Shown here: positions 10,928 through 24,500 of the stretch, one piece after another
Layout of the letters: every line of letters starts with the position of its first letter
Numbering within the stretch: position 1 is the stretch's first letter
Source of the DNA: Klebsormidium nitens
Taxonomy: Eukaryota > Plantae > Klebsormidiophyceae
Length of the DNA stretch: 49,231 nucleotides
Direction of reading: 5' to 3'
NCBI GenBank assembly: GCA_000708835.1
Contig: DF237581.1
Coordinates: 1 to 49,231 of the forward strand
Notes under the pieces: generated by a model
Seen by the model: the letters and a program-made list of their open reading frames with translations, nothing else
Told to the model about the DNA's origin: nothing
Databases searched by the model: none
Translations under genes and position numbers: made by a program

Positions 10928-13900
10928 ATGGGCTCTGCCACGGATTCAATAAGAGAGGAGCTGATTGAAAGCCTCAGACCGGAATGCGCTGTTTGCTTGC
11001 TCCCGTACGATGATGGGGGAAGGATTCCTCGATTGCTTTCCTGCGGGTAAGTCAGCAGCCGACTTTGTAAATGCAGCTATGGAAACTGAAGTTTGGCTGT
11101 GATTGAGGCATTCCTAGGGGCTATTTGGCAGCAGAACGTAGCTTTGACTGCTTCTGGAGGCTGAATCCAGAGATGGGCTTGCGTCAAGCCTTGGAAAGCT
11201 GCACAAATCTGCATGTATTGCTGTCTTGACTGCGGTTGTCGATCAAAACCCTAATTGCAAGGAGAACTATGGAGCTGCGTTGGAAAGCCATCTTGAAACA
11301 AGTAGGAAAGCGCCATACCCTTGGAGCATGCCAGTAGCATCTTTAAACGTATGTCTTGCTTCTTCAGGCACTCCATCTCTCAGGATTGTGCGGACCTGCT
11401 CATTGATTCAAACTACAGTCCTGCCGGGGGGGATGCATACGTGGGGTTTGGCAGGGGTGATTCCGCTCCTCAGGACACTCCTCAAGGCTCGGGGCTTCCC
11501 AGCATTCCGCCCGAAGGCCTAGGGAAGATCGTGGGAGCGAGGTTTGGCGTTGTCAAGTGCCCCGAGTGCAATCAGCGCACCAAGGTGCCGGCCAAGGGCG
11601 CACGGGGCCTGGCCAAGAACATTGAACTGCTGAGGATCATTAGCAAGCTGGAGGGGAATGATGGCAGTGCTAAGGCGAGGAAGGCGGACCTGGAGCGCAA
11701 GGTAAACTGGGCAAGAGAGATTATGTCCCAAAATGGGGCTGATACCGGGGCTTTGCAGAACAGTGTAAACGAGTTGGGCGAGGGCACCCCAGGGACCGAT
11801 TCTAACCAGGGGGCGCGATCGGAGCCGTCCGGCAGCGGTCAAGAGGAAGCAGTGCCGGAAAGGGAAGAGAGCGAAGAGATCCAGACAGACGCAGACAGCA
11901 CCTCGCTGTCGCCAAGCGGAGGCTCCGGATCTGAGCTCTTCCAGAGCGCCCGGGAGGGCCCTGAACTGGCGGTGCCGTCGACCGCGCCCTCCGTCGATAC
12001 GCTGAGGAGTGCGTTTGAGGCAGGGAGGGAACAGCAGGCTCTGGGCAGTGACGAGCCGGAGACTGCGGAGGCCAGAGTCGGGCAAGATGAGATTGCGGAG
12101 TTGCAAACTTCGCCTGCAAGGAGAGCCCCTCCCCCTCTGGAAATTCCGCAGGTGCCCCAGTCGGGGGCCTCAGTTGCGGCCGTTGATCAAAACGGGGAAG
12201 ATCCCGAAGCAGCTTCGGCACCAGAGGGAGCGCAGTCACGACCGCTGACGGGGCTCCACGGCATGATCTGCGGGCACCAGGACAGCGTCTCAGCGCTCGC
12301 CGTGGTGGCCGACCAGTGGCTGTGCAGTGCGTCGTTTGACCGCACGGTGCGCGTGTGGTCCCTGGCCGACGGTGCCCCGCACGGCGTGCTCCAGGGGCAC
12401 CAGCACCGCATCATGGCGCTCGCCACTGTGTCTCTGCTGCCGGAGGAGTCGGCCGGCGTGGATGAGGATGGCATCATCTGCGGCAACGGCAGGATCATCG
12501 ATAACTACGTTGGTGGGCCAGACGTGGTAGCGGGCATTCCGCGCGGGGCGGATCTGCTGGTGAGCGCAGACTACGGGGGCCAGATCAAGGTGTGGTCCGT
12601 CATCCGGGACACGAGCGTTGTGCGCGGCCCGGGAGAGTCCCCCGAGGGCGAGGACAAGCCGGGCGTGTCACCCGGAGAGCCGTGCCCTGGGCCAGGGAAG
12701 TTGCTGGCGTCCTGGGATGCGCACGTGGACTGGAAGTACTTTGGTGTGCTGGCGCTGGCAGTAGCAGAGGGGAAAGTGCTGTACAGCGGGGCGGGAGACC
12801 GCACCATCCGCGCATGGAGCCTGGGGGCGGGCGGGGTGCCGCTGGGGGGCTTGCTGGGGGTGCTGGAGGGCCATACGGGGCCTGTGTCAGCGCTGGCAGT
12901 GGACGGGGAGTTGCTGTACAGGTGAGGCACAAAGGGGGCGGATGTGCGGGTGTGAGCGCGGCTTTGGTTCTCCGTTTTGAGAGACTGCTCGTGTGTCACT
13001 TTTTGGCCAGGTCCCAAGAGGTCCGACTTGTACCTTTTGTCTGCCCATTGATAAAGCTGGGTGACCTGGTAACTGCCTAGGTTTTGGGTACTCAACTGGA
13101 TCTGAGATCTTGCTCAAAATCTCTTAGTGTCGGGATGAAGCTATCATTCAGGCACCGTAAACACTTTACTCCCTTTGGCTAATACGTTTGGGAGATTGGT
13201 TGTAGTGTGTTGCTTTCTGGCTAGTCCCCTTGGTCAGTCCCCAAGAGTTTCGAGCTTGTACCCTTTGTTTGGCCATCAAGAATTTGGTTGAGCTGGTAAC
13301 TGCTCAAATTTAGATATTTGAATTGGCTTTGGGACCTTGCTTCAGACTTGCAGTGGTGGGGATCAAGTTATTGTTCAGGCACTGAGTACACTCACTCCCT
13401 TCTAGTTAAGTTGACGTCTGGAAGGGACGGGATATTTGCTTCTGAGGTTGACACCCCCCCCTCTGGTTGCAGCGGGAGTTGGGACGGGTCTGTGCGTGGG
13501 TGGTGGCGCGAGGACCACACCCCCGTGGCTGTGGTCCAGGCAGGGCCAGGGCCCGGCGTGCGCTGCCTCTCCATGGTGGGGCCCAGGCTGGTGGCGGGCA
13601 GGGACGACGGCACGCTGCAGGTGCGCCACACACTTAGACTTAGCGCCTGTTATCATTCCCTGCAGCGTTCCTGAATGCGAAGAAGTGTTGGGAAAGCTGC
13701 GAGAGGATTATCTGTTTGCTTTGGTGATCTCCTTGATGGTGAGTCTTGAAGGAAGGGTATCGGGCCGGGAGTGAAGCTGGAGAACAATTAAATGTACAAG
13801 TCGCAGCCGTTGGATTCTCTTCGGTCAAATCAATTATAACCTATGTTGAACCTCAAGAGAAAAGGGATCAGAGGAAGAGAAATAGTGAATGTCGAGGGTC

Positions 13901-14594
13901 TCGATATAACTGTTCCCCTGGCGCTTTTTTCTGGCGCGTTGCTATGCCAGCAGGTGTCCCCCTTTTGTGTCGGTTCCTCGTCCCTTTTTCGTGAACGGTC
14001 CCCTCATCCCTGCTTTGTCACCTCTCCCTCAGGCGTGGGTGGAGGGCCAGCCCGAGAGCGAGCAGCGGCGCGCGCACGGCGGCGTGGTGGCCACCATGTG
14101 CACGTGGGGGCCGTTCCTATACACGGGCAGCTGGGATGGCGTCATCCACGTGTGGCGGGCCGACGCGCCATTTGGAAACGAGGCCCCCCTTGCGAGCATC
14201 CACGTGGAGGGAGGACCGCTGGCGGTGGTCCACTCTCTGGTGGCAGCGAGGGGGCGGCTGTTCAGTGCGCATCTCGATACGGCGATCAAGGTGAGGGGGA
14301 GGCTTTGAAGGGTACACGAATGTGGGCAGGCTTTTGAGAAGCGGACCAGTCTGTAGGAACAGGACGGGGCACTGAGCTTCTTGGCAAATTGGCAAATGAT
14401 CCCTTCGATTTTTGAATATGTCAAGGAAAAGAGCTTCCTTTTGGACGGTGCCAAAGTTTGAGTGCATCTCAAAAAGTCGAAGTACGAAACCTGCAAGCGC
14501 TTGTTGGTTCCAAGGGCAAACGAAACGTGAAAAACGCTCCCGATGTAACAATATTGTCGAATATTTGCAGGTCTGGACCGAAGCAAGATCGTGA
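10928..14594 (+). CDS. N-terminal RING-finger plus C-terminal WD40-repeat protein (putative E3 ubiquitin ligase), about 700 aa, 5 exons
   Basis: Exons 10928-11046, 11368-12921, 13473-13620, 14033-14290 and 14571-14594 (2103 nt). RING: CAVC...PRLLSCGH...CPEC...LAKNIELL. WD repeats: GHQDSVSAL..SASFDRTVRVW, LYSGAGDRTIRAW, GHTGPVSAL..SGSWDGSVRGW, LYTGSWDGVIHVW. An acidic low-complexity linker joins the two parts. Confidence 0.9.
13003..13410. repeat. Diverged two-copy tandem duplication (period about 227 bp) within RING-WD40 intron 2
   Basis: 13003-13183 and 13230-13410 share collinear blocks such as ttgg(c/t)cag..cccaagag, cttgtacc.tttgt, ctggtaactgc, ttcaggcac and actccctt. Confidence 0.75.
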
Positions 14595-16169
14595 TGCGTG
14601 TAGGAGAATGGAACGATAAGCCGTCCAGATTGATAAAGTGGACATAGAGTAACATAGTATTAATGTTGGGCTGACCTCTAAGTTGTTGTTAAAAGCACTA
14701 GGGGCTTGCAAAATCAACATCGTTTTTGACTGCTTTGGATCGATGCCACGGTCCAGGCAGTAAGGGAAACTGCTAGTTAGTTTTTGTCACGGCTTCGTAT
14801 AGGAAGTGCCGCTGTGTGAGTTTGCCATGTTGTGATCGACCCCGGCACAAGATAGACCGGCTCGTGCTTGGTCGAGACCGCGAGCTGGTATTCATTGTTC
14901 TACGCAACTGTCCACTGAGTCTCAATTTTCAATGATGGTCCACATCCCTAAAAACGCGTCGGTCACTGAGTCAGTGACGTTGGCATTTGCGGGGGTGTGA
15001 ACGGGAGCTTAGAGCACATCCAATCACCGATGTAGGTCGTAGTTTAGTGCGGCAACTTGAGCTTATATGCATATGTGCGCCATGTGGCAGGAATTTGATC
15101 GGCACTGTGTGAATTACTAGTCCAAATTTTGGCAGACTCACGCGCGTATATATTCCATGCACTGGCATCGGTTACACGGTCATTACCATGCCCATCATTG
15201 CCAGCATGCAGTCATGTTATGTATCCATTGATCAACTCTTATGTGAGCTGGACCTGAGCCTAGAGCTCGATCGTGGTCGAGCAATCGCATGGTATTATAG
15301 TACATTGCAGGTACCGAAATCGCAGCCGCGTCTACTGCATGTATCAGGGATGACATGAGCGTGTACCAGATCATCGAAAACCATGCAGCATGGTTATTGA
15401 GGGCCGCGCTAGCTAGCCATATATACGGGCATGCTGTAGACGTATATGGATGAATTTATATCGGCCATGCAAGCTAACAAGCTCATATGCACTAATGATG
15501 CGAAAAAATCAGCCCGGCCTTCTTTTCAATTGAAGGCGGCGATGATGTTGCAGAATCCAACGGAGTTCTTAAGTTGGGCAGTTGCGACTATATTGGCCGG
15601 GGCATCCTGAAGTCAACATTTCAGTAGTTGTACGATATGGATGCATGATGGGCAGCGGTCTTGAAACGCGCATATGTATCGGGCATGCCTAGCTAGATTT
15701 GTTGACGTTAAATGCATAGAGACATGCTGGTGACGCTCCATGTTGTAGCGAACCAGAACATCGGACTTGAGTTTGCAAACTGGTGCTTCCGCCTTGGCGG
15801 CTTTCAAAACCTTCGAGCTTGCAGTTCTTACAGTACGAAATATCGGAATATTCTTCAACGCCTTGTCTAGGAAACACGAGATTCCCAATCTTACAGGCCG
15901 GGACTCCTGGAAATCGGTCCACCTTATCCTGCGCTCGCTTGCTCCACGAGCATTCCTACGCAATACGCTGATGGTCGGTTACTTAAGCAGTCAAACTAGA
16001 CTGTACTACAGCGAAAGGGCGGATGCCGAACACCGCCTTACCTTAGTCTATGGTTACAGATGCTGGCTCGGAGGGAGACCCGATCTCGCCCCGACTTGTG
16101 CGGCTTGCTCCCGTGCAGTTGGCGTACTGACACTGAGAGCGCAGCGCGCAGCTTCCGCATGGCCTGGTG

Positions 16170-19100
16170 TCAGCTCTTGTCCCCGGGGTCCTCCATCCGC
16201 CGGGCTTCCTCCAATAGCTGCACCTCGTCGTCCCCCGGGACGTGCTGCACCGCCCACCACGCGACGCAGTCAGAATCGGAGTCCATTATTCCAGTCCAAC
16301 CTGCCGCTCTCAAGTCTGCCGAGTCGGACTGTGACTCGTGCAAGCAGAGCAGGTCCGCTGCGATGACGACTCCGGGGGCTCGATCTTCCGCCAGACGTGC
16401 CAGAAAGCACCAGCGAGCCGTGACCTTCGAAATCTTTCAACCAAGGGTCACGGTCCCTCTTCCCTCACGCTGCCTCCAACCGGGAGCGCTCCCCACACGA
16501 AGATTTTCCGGTCAAGTTTTGCAGCTTATGTCGCACAAACCCGTGGCTGGGATATCCGACGGCCCTGGGACCCACCTACCATGCCGCTTGAACTTGTCAT
16601 GCGAGTTTCGAATTTGCAGTGGCAACGGGTGGGAATCTCGCAAGGCGAGTTCCGATTCTCAGGACTTCTTAGTCCCGGCCAAGTTTTACATGTGCCCGCA
16701 GCGGACTCATCCATGCAGTGTGGTGTGGGAGCCCACCTTCCGCGCCCCCGCGGGGCTGCGCAGGTTGCTGGGCGGCCCGGGCCCGCTGGCCTCCTTGGCT
16801 GCTTCCCGGGCCGACTCCTGCTGCGCCTCCAGCATGCGACTCCGGTTGTAGTACACCACGCCGGCAATGGCTGCGCCAAAGGACATCGACAAGTGGATTC
16901 AAGACGCAGACCGTTTAAAAGGACGGTTTGCGCTCCTCCACGCTTGAATGACCGTCTCTTTGCATCAATCGGGCTCGGCTTTTACCAGTACTGGCAGGAG
17001 CACAGAGAGCGCCCGATGCGAATGGTTGTGGAGCAAAGAAAGGACGACACGCTCAGGTCGATTCAGCCTGCGAGAAGACAAGGGTCAGACACGGCCAAGG
17101 CACAGCGCTCGGAAATGTTTGGAGGCAAAAAGCTAGGCAGGGTGCCGCGGGCGCACCGATGGCGTAGCCCACGATGTTGAGCGGCGTGAGGATGGTGTCC
17201 GCGAAGAGCACGGCGGAGATGAAGACGACGAGCCAGTCCTTGACGACGCTGGCGACGCGGATGGTGAGCGCGCTCGTGTTCTGGATGGCCAGGAACACCG
17301 ACACGTTCAGCGCAAACGTGGCCACCGAGTTGGCCACCATCACGCCGGGGCTCAGCAGCACGTGGCCGCGGGTGGCCATCATTGCGGGGCGCTCCAAAAA
17401 CAGCCACGGCACAAAGAGTGACAGCAGGCTGCGAAGAAGAAGCACAGAGGCTAAGTCAGGGGGGCGGGATTGATTCGAGGTGCGTGGGACGGGTTTAGGA
17501 GAGGCGACCGCATCAGATTCTCAAGAGATGTTTGTGAACATCGACAACAAAACGTGCTACAATAATCCGGTATGGTAGACGCCAAAAGGCGGCTTCGCGC
17601 TTCATCTCCCGCTGACCTGCCCCTCCAGGTGTCATAAGCAAGGAGACCCGCTGCTGTCAGCCTTTTGAGAAACCGGAGTTTGAGCCAACGTAACCTTCAA
17701 CAATTAGAGCATCTCGATGGTCGAAGCTCAAATCTCTTTTTTTTCGCCAACGTCTCGCAGGAGCACGTGCCGTGGGTCTTTGCATGCCGACCTCGTGACA
17801 AGCAAACACGCGGGATCAAAGGCTCGAGCGGATTGCTTCGTGCATAATGTTGCGCAGATCTTTACACGGATCAGGTCTACGAGGGGTTGGAAAGCGTCCC
17901 CTTAATCAGCGTCAGAACGTCCCCACGCCCTTCTCGAAAGTGGCTTGCATTCAGATGATATATTGAAGGACCACAGGTGAGGGAGCGGCGCGGCGGGCGC
18001 TTACCTGCAGGGGCTCATGTAGTACATGATGGTGATGGGGTCCATCTTGATGCCCTTGCGCTGCAGCAGGATCTGCGTCAGCACCAGGCGCAGCGCCTCG
18101 CTGACGACGCTGCCCACCTGGTACACCAGGCCCACCACGTCGAACTGGATCTCGCCGTAGCTCGCCACCAGCACGCCCCCGCTGATCACTGCCAACATCC
18201 GCAGGCAAAATGAGAAGCCACGATGACAAGCTTCAAACGGTAAGTCTCACTGAATCTCCAAGACGAAGGAAGTACCTGCTCCACACCCCTACCCACTACC
18301 TGCTTCACACCCCTACCCACCCGATTCCACAAGCTAACTCTGTTCGTCCTAGTGCAATTGTCGTGTCGTAGTCTTTGGGTCATCTTTCTTTAGATCAATA
18401 TCACTGCGCCCGCTGCACGGGCCACGTATGCTCAGAAGCAGAACCAGGTCGCGCTAGTGTGGGGGTCTCGTTTGCAGATGAAGTGGTGGGAACGTTCATG
18501 AGAAGGGCAGGGATCGGCGGACTGAAATGTAAATTGAGAACCGATCCTCCAAAGGCGCTCAGAACGCTTGTCTTGTACCTCAGGCAGGTTTTGCAACGTG
18601 GTGTTTCTGCTGCGAGATTGCACCACCTCATCTAAGTCTTCTTTGCAGCTTTTGCGTGCTCAAATCAAGCAGAACTGTAGAAATAGTTCGTTTTACCGAG
18701 TGCCTGGCATCTGAATCCGGATTGCCCGTTGAAACTCAGATCGGTCTTGGATACGTGCTCAGCGGCCATTGAACTTGCCTCTTCGACGTCAGATCAGCCA
18801 ATCGTAAGGGAATGCTATTCACAAAAACGAGATATGTCACCCGAATGTAAAATGTCACCCGACTTTCGATATCAAGGATGAAGCACGAAGTGGTTCTCAG
18901 AGCACGGCACCGGCACTTGCCTGCCATGTTGAGCAGTGTGTCCAGCCGGAGAACGTCCACCTTGAAGGCCACCCCCACCAGAAACACCGCCACAGGCACT
19001 GCACACCACACGCACAGAGTTTGCATAATGAGCGGAGAAGTGAGAAAACGACTGACGAGCAACATGATCTCTTCGACAAGTGATACTGGTCCACAGGAAG

Positions 19101-20838
19101 AGTTGGCCAGCCTTCTTTCAACAAAAACCAAGCGTGCTTTTCAAAATTGTCCCCTCTAGATCAGCGCGACGTCTGCTCCGGCCACAATGGGGAACACTCG
19201 CCCAACGAACATCACATTGACCTTTCATTCAAGATGTTCAACTTTTGAGCTGTTATTTTATCAAGTTGTGACTTACTGAGCGCCTTGAGCATCTGGGAGA
19301 AAGCGACGGATATGAACATGAACGCGGTGTTGCCCAGCCACAATGTTGTGGCAAAGAGCAGCGCGATCGGGACAAAGCTCTGCACGTACCTGCCACACAG
19401 AGCAGAAGAGAGTTAAGCACAAGAACCTTGAAGTTAACACCCTGCCGGACAAGCGCTTTGTGCAATACAGCCTGGACAGTCAAGTCCAGACGCCAGCAGC
19501 TTAACATAGAGCGGTAAGGTCCAAGTGATCATGAGAGATCTTCAATCTGCAAACTTAGAAGATGCCAAGGTACGACAATTTTGGTTCACGATTCAACCGG
19601 TAGTCCGAACAAGACCCTTGAAGCCACATGGCCCAGATTGTAGTACAAGTGGTCTCCTTACGACGCTAATCTAAGGTGGATTTGAAGGCTCACACTTCTG
19701 TAGACATGGGCTGCTGTAGGGGGACGAACTTGAACACCCGCACTACTAGGAAACATAGGACAGACGAGAAGGCCATGTGTAGCATCTGCAATACAAAGAC
19801 ATGCGTGAGCGAGCAAAAGCACCCGCTTCGGGTGGCTAGAAGCCTCTTCCTGGTAGCGGCAAAATCCTTAGCTGAGGTCGATCGATAAAGTAAGTGCGTT
19901 CAGTATCACCATCGTTTATGTATCTATCATTAGCAAGGGAGCGCTCGTCAAAGTAGATGACTCCAGTTTGCCGGGAGCGAAACCACTTACTTAGGAACTA
20001 GAAATCTATCTCACATAATAGGTGTGTAACCAGAAAAAAATTCATTTGAGGTTCCATTGCCTGCTCTTGACTTCTAAATTTCGATTTCTGAGGTGGATCT
20101 TCTGAGATCTGAGGAGGAGTTCATCATTGAAGAGACATGATGGAGACTGGCATAGCCTTGGCAAGCACAAAGTTTAACAACCGAAACTCACCGTAAGGCC
20201 AATTGGGTACGGGAAGTTATAGTAATCCTTGGAAAGGATAAACTGCAGCATTGCAGCAAGTAGATGATGTCAGGTGCAAGCTAGCACTGCCTTCCAGATG
20301 AGAGCCGCACAAGGATCTACTGGTGGTTCAGTGTTTGAAGCCTGCCTTTCTCTTTTAGGGGGCTTGAACATAAGGAAGTCGATGGGAATGCAGGAGGGGA
20401 ACAATAGTAGGCGGCGCATGGCCAGCTGACCCGAGATCTTTCCCAGCCAGCTCTGCTCACCTTATTGAAGAATATGACGCCCCCACTCAATACAATCTGC
20501 ATGGTGCACCAGAAAGTTGTCACATCACTGCGCAGCATTTGATTGCACGGAAAGTCTGTGGGCCTTTGGAAACACCCTTCTTGATGCCAAGATTGGTGGA
20601 CTGTCTGCAGCTAACAGGAGAACAGGCAACCAGAATTGCAAGCCAACTTTATCCTTCTGGAATGCAGCATCTGATTCGGGCTGCAGGCACAAGTTTTAAG
20701 TCGCTACAGATGTAAGACAGCCAACTTCAAATGGAGACTACCAAACATGCCCAAAACAAGGAAGGTAGGTGAGCGCACATATGCAATTAGGTAGGCCGCG
20801 GTCCGGAACGTTTTCCCAGGCCCCATCTCCTGAGCCAT
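16170..20838 (-). CDS. Triose-phosphate-translocator-family (probable sugar-phosphate / nucleotide-sugar) transporter, about 364 aa, 10 exons
   Basis: Exons 20779-20838, 20461-20496, 20192-20242, 19694-19785, 19277-19389, 18921-18998, 18005-18188, 17157-17428, 16737-16870 and 16170-16244 (1095 nt; the last exon is less certain). Motifs: YIVLSGGVIFFNK, NFPYPIGLTMLHM, WLGNTAFMFISVAFSQMLKALMPVAVF, VLVASYGE, EALRLVLTQILLQRKG and TSALTIRVASVVKDW. Intron 6 is GC-AG. Confidence 0.92.
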
Positions 20839-21527
20839 CTTGGAGAATGTGATGAATCTGCAAGGGCTGATGTGCTGTGCCTTCAACCAGATGGTCTCTG
20901 CTCTGCCAATCTTGTAGAGCCAGCTTCTTGCAGCTCCTCTCACGCACGGTGCAGCCCTGCTTCACAAGGAATCAACTAACGGATACATAGCGCCAAAGTG
21001 ACGGAGCACGCAACGCTGGTTATACGAAGATCTCTTTGACGCCATTCTTCCAGACCCAAGCAAAAGAAGGAAATTGTGATTTGGTAGGAGAAAAGGGCAG
21101 GCCTGTATGCAAATTGCAATGCAATGATGCAGATCGACAAGCTGGACCAGGAGCTGGTCCGGTTCGCCTAACCCGCTTTCCAGCAGAATCCGAGACTCTT
21201 GCGCCGTCCCCGACTACCAGTTCACAATCTGGCACTATAGCTCACACGTATACAATTTCAAACTGGCTGGAGGGAATTTAGGAATGCGGCTGTCGGTCTC
21301 TGGCATGAAAGTTAACCTAATATGTAAGTTTATGGGTTTACGATACATGGGAGTTGACTGTTGAACCAGAACAACTGATCCACCTTCCGCCAAGGCGTCA
21401 TGCAAACTTTCCACCAGATACCTGAGGCCCAGATACGACTCCGAGACGTAGCAAGCTGGCGGACAAGCTGGCCGGGCAGCTTCTCTTGGTTTAGTCTTAG
21501 CTTGTAGGCAGGGCAGAGGGCAGGCCA

Positions 21528-24500
21528 ATGGCTGGGCTGGTTGTGCGAGGGTGCCCTGTTTGTAGGGGCTCGTTAGGTCTCGTTGGCCAATCGTTGGGTC
21601 CAGCAGGTCGACAATTGTCAGCAATAACGGCAAGACCAAGTAATGGGTGGTTGCATCATGTGCTCAGAAAGGCCTTTTTTGGAGCTTTTAGTGGTCAAAG
21701 TCAGCGTGCAGAGGGTTGGGTTCTCGGGGCGGATGCTGAGGTGCGAGAGAGTAGAGGCTCCAGTCAGAGACCCGCAAGGATTGTAGCGGTGGCTGCGACA
21801 GCGAATGCTGAAGATGCTGTCAGACGGAGAGATGAGGAGCGTGTGCCTAAGCGGACGGACGCTAAGAAATTGCTTCATGGAAAGAAGGTAAGAGCTGCAT
21901 TCTGCAATACGCATATGTAAAATTATTTTTTGAAGCGGGGTTGGCAGGCTTCTTCCAGTCAGACTGCTGTCTGGAGTGTACCATTACCAGAAATGTCAGA
22001 TATTGCTTCTGTCTCTTTCCTATGAAAGTGGATCTGGACGTCTTGCTGGTTCCTCAACAAGGGCCTTGATTATATTATCAGATTGAAGTACATCGTACGG
22101 GGTCCACCACCACCGCCCGATCACTTATGGATGTTGCATCCCGAGTCTGCCTCCAGTGGGTCGCTGCTTATCGGTCCTTCCGCTTTTGGACCCAAACTTT
22201 TGGCCCGTCCAAAAATATGTTGTTTTGGAAGACGCGGGCATTTCATGCATGGTGGCTGTAATGATGCGATCTCTGCTTCACAATAAGTCTTGGAGGACTG
22301 TTCTTGTACAATATAAGAGTGGTTGCTCGCAGACTTTTCTCAGCCACTCTGTGTTGCGATCTGTCCCAGATTGCCACAGCGGAAGGAGTGAAGCCGGGGA
22401 AGCAGGTGCAGTACAGCAAAGCCACCAGGCGCGCTTACAACGAAAAGTTTGGGCCGCAGCCGGACCGCCTTAGCAAGATCATGGCTGCTGCAGGAGGTGA
22501 GTGGCTCCACCGTCGAATGGGGTCTGCTTCTCAAAACACGCCGCCAGATTGGGGCGGCATTTTCTGGGTTGCGGACATGCCACCACCCGGGCATCAAATC
22601 AAGCTATAAATTACACTTGCTGGCAGCCATCACGCGCTAAGCGCAGGCATCTACATGGCCACCCATTGAGTGGGTTCTGTCCGTGACCGCTCACCGTGTA
22701 CCTTTAAAAACTCATGTACGTAAGAGTGGTGGACTATTAGTCCGTTTTGCTCGGGTTCAACCTATGAGGTTAAACTCTTCAAGGCAAGAATGTCTGATTC
22801 ATTAACGGGTCGTCGGTCACAATGAATTGTTCGTCAGGGGGCCCCTATCTTGCTTCTTAACAGCTTGACAAGGCTTTAGGCAAAACCCATCTGAAAAGGG
22901 CCACTTTTTATTGAGTACAACCTGATTTGAATTGTCTGCGACCTGCAGTTGCGTCAAGGAGGAAGTGCGAGGAGATCATCTTTGAAGGCAGGGTTACTGT
23001 GAACGGGCAAGTGGTCAAACTGCCACAGGTAGGACTACGGATTTCGGTTACGAGTTTGACCGCTGCTATGATCCTGCCATTATCTATCTAAGCAAGTCCA
23101 CAGTTGGGTATGTCGCTGGTCGAGCTGCAGCCCATGATCTCTCTGGAGGAAATTTGGAACTCGAAACAAAGCTTCTGACCTGTTTTCAAGACGCCATGCA
23201 CATCATACGTGCTTCATATTGGCGAGGAGAGTCTTTTCGCCTCTCTTGCTGGCACGTCTGCCTGATAGTGTCATTGACGCCCTGGTGTGGTGCGCCCCCC
23301 CCCCCAGACGCAGGTCCACCCCCGGAAAGACTCGATTTACGTGGACGGCCGCTCGCTGCCCAAGAACGTGGAGTCGCTCTACTTTTGCCTGAATAAGCCC
23401 AAGGGGTACATGTGCTCCAACGATCCGAATGGCAAGAAGCTGGTCGTCGACCTGTTCGAGGACTTCATGCTGGCCTGGGTGAGACGTTCAACGCGCTGGA
23501 TACGATTATTTGCTTGTCGTTTGCCGAAGTGCTTCGGGTTTTGTTCGAACAAGTCGTTTCATTTAGAGCGCGCATATGTTGGAAAGCATGTTCCGCGCTT
23601 CCTAGTTCAGGAACATGGGCTGCTTCGTTGAGCAGCGTTCGTTGGCTCCGATAGAACGTTGCTTGAACAGCAGCCGCTTGAAACCGTTTCTTTGCCTTGC
23701 TTATTATATAAATATTGATCGATGTTGAGGATCTGATCAAGACGCGAACTGCATGCTGAGGGCGCTCGTTGGTGTGAATTTGTTTGGCAACAGAAGTGAC
23801 CTACGTCCAATTTTTGCGTCCATTCTGGGCTGAGATTCACGGACTAATCATTTTCCACCAATCTACAGGAGCAAAAGCACCCCAACATGCCCCGCCCTCG
23901 GCTGTTCACGGTGGGCCGCTTAGATGTTGCCACCACCGGCCTGCTGATCGTGACCAATGACGGGGACTACGCGCAGGCCATCGCCCACCCATCTTCCGGC
24001 GTCACCAAAGAGTGAGTGCTCAGTCGCCACTCTGTGAAGTAGGCACAGGCTTCAGGAGCTGCGTAAAGATTGACTTATATCGAGGTCGCCTCTTCTCGCG
24101 AAGATCTTGTTTGCTTACTCAACCGACGCCGAACCCCGAGCCTCCCCTCGATGCGAATATTTATGCTGCTCGGAGTTGTCCTTCCCGTGCTAAGTACGTT
24201 GTCGACGCACTTTGGTCAGATGTCAATTTCCCAGATTGTCGGCAGTGATCATTGCAGGGTCAGCACCGAGGCTGACGTGTGTGCTCGTGTTGTTGTGGCA
24301 GGTACATCGTCCAGGCCGCGGCTGTCCCGAGCAAGAAGCAGCTGCAGATCATGGCGGAGGGCACCATGGTGGACGGCCTCCTAGTGACGCCCCTCACGGT
24401 CGCGCTGCTCGAGACGGGGCCGCAAGTGGACGGCAGGCGCATCCTTGTCGAGGTAGGAGTTTTTTGCTCGTGCTTCTCCTTTGCTATCTCCTTCCCCGTT

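Noticed and set aside
15538-15612. Possible C/D-box snoRNA (gatgatgt ... ctga)
   Set aside because: The C box is imperfect, there is no terminal stem, and no guide complementarity was recognisable.
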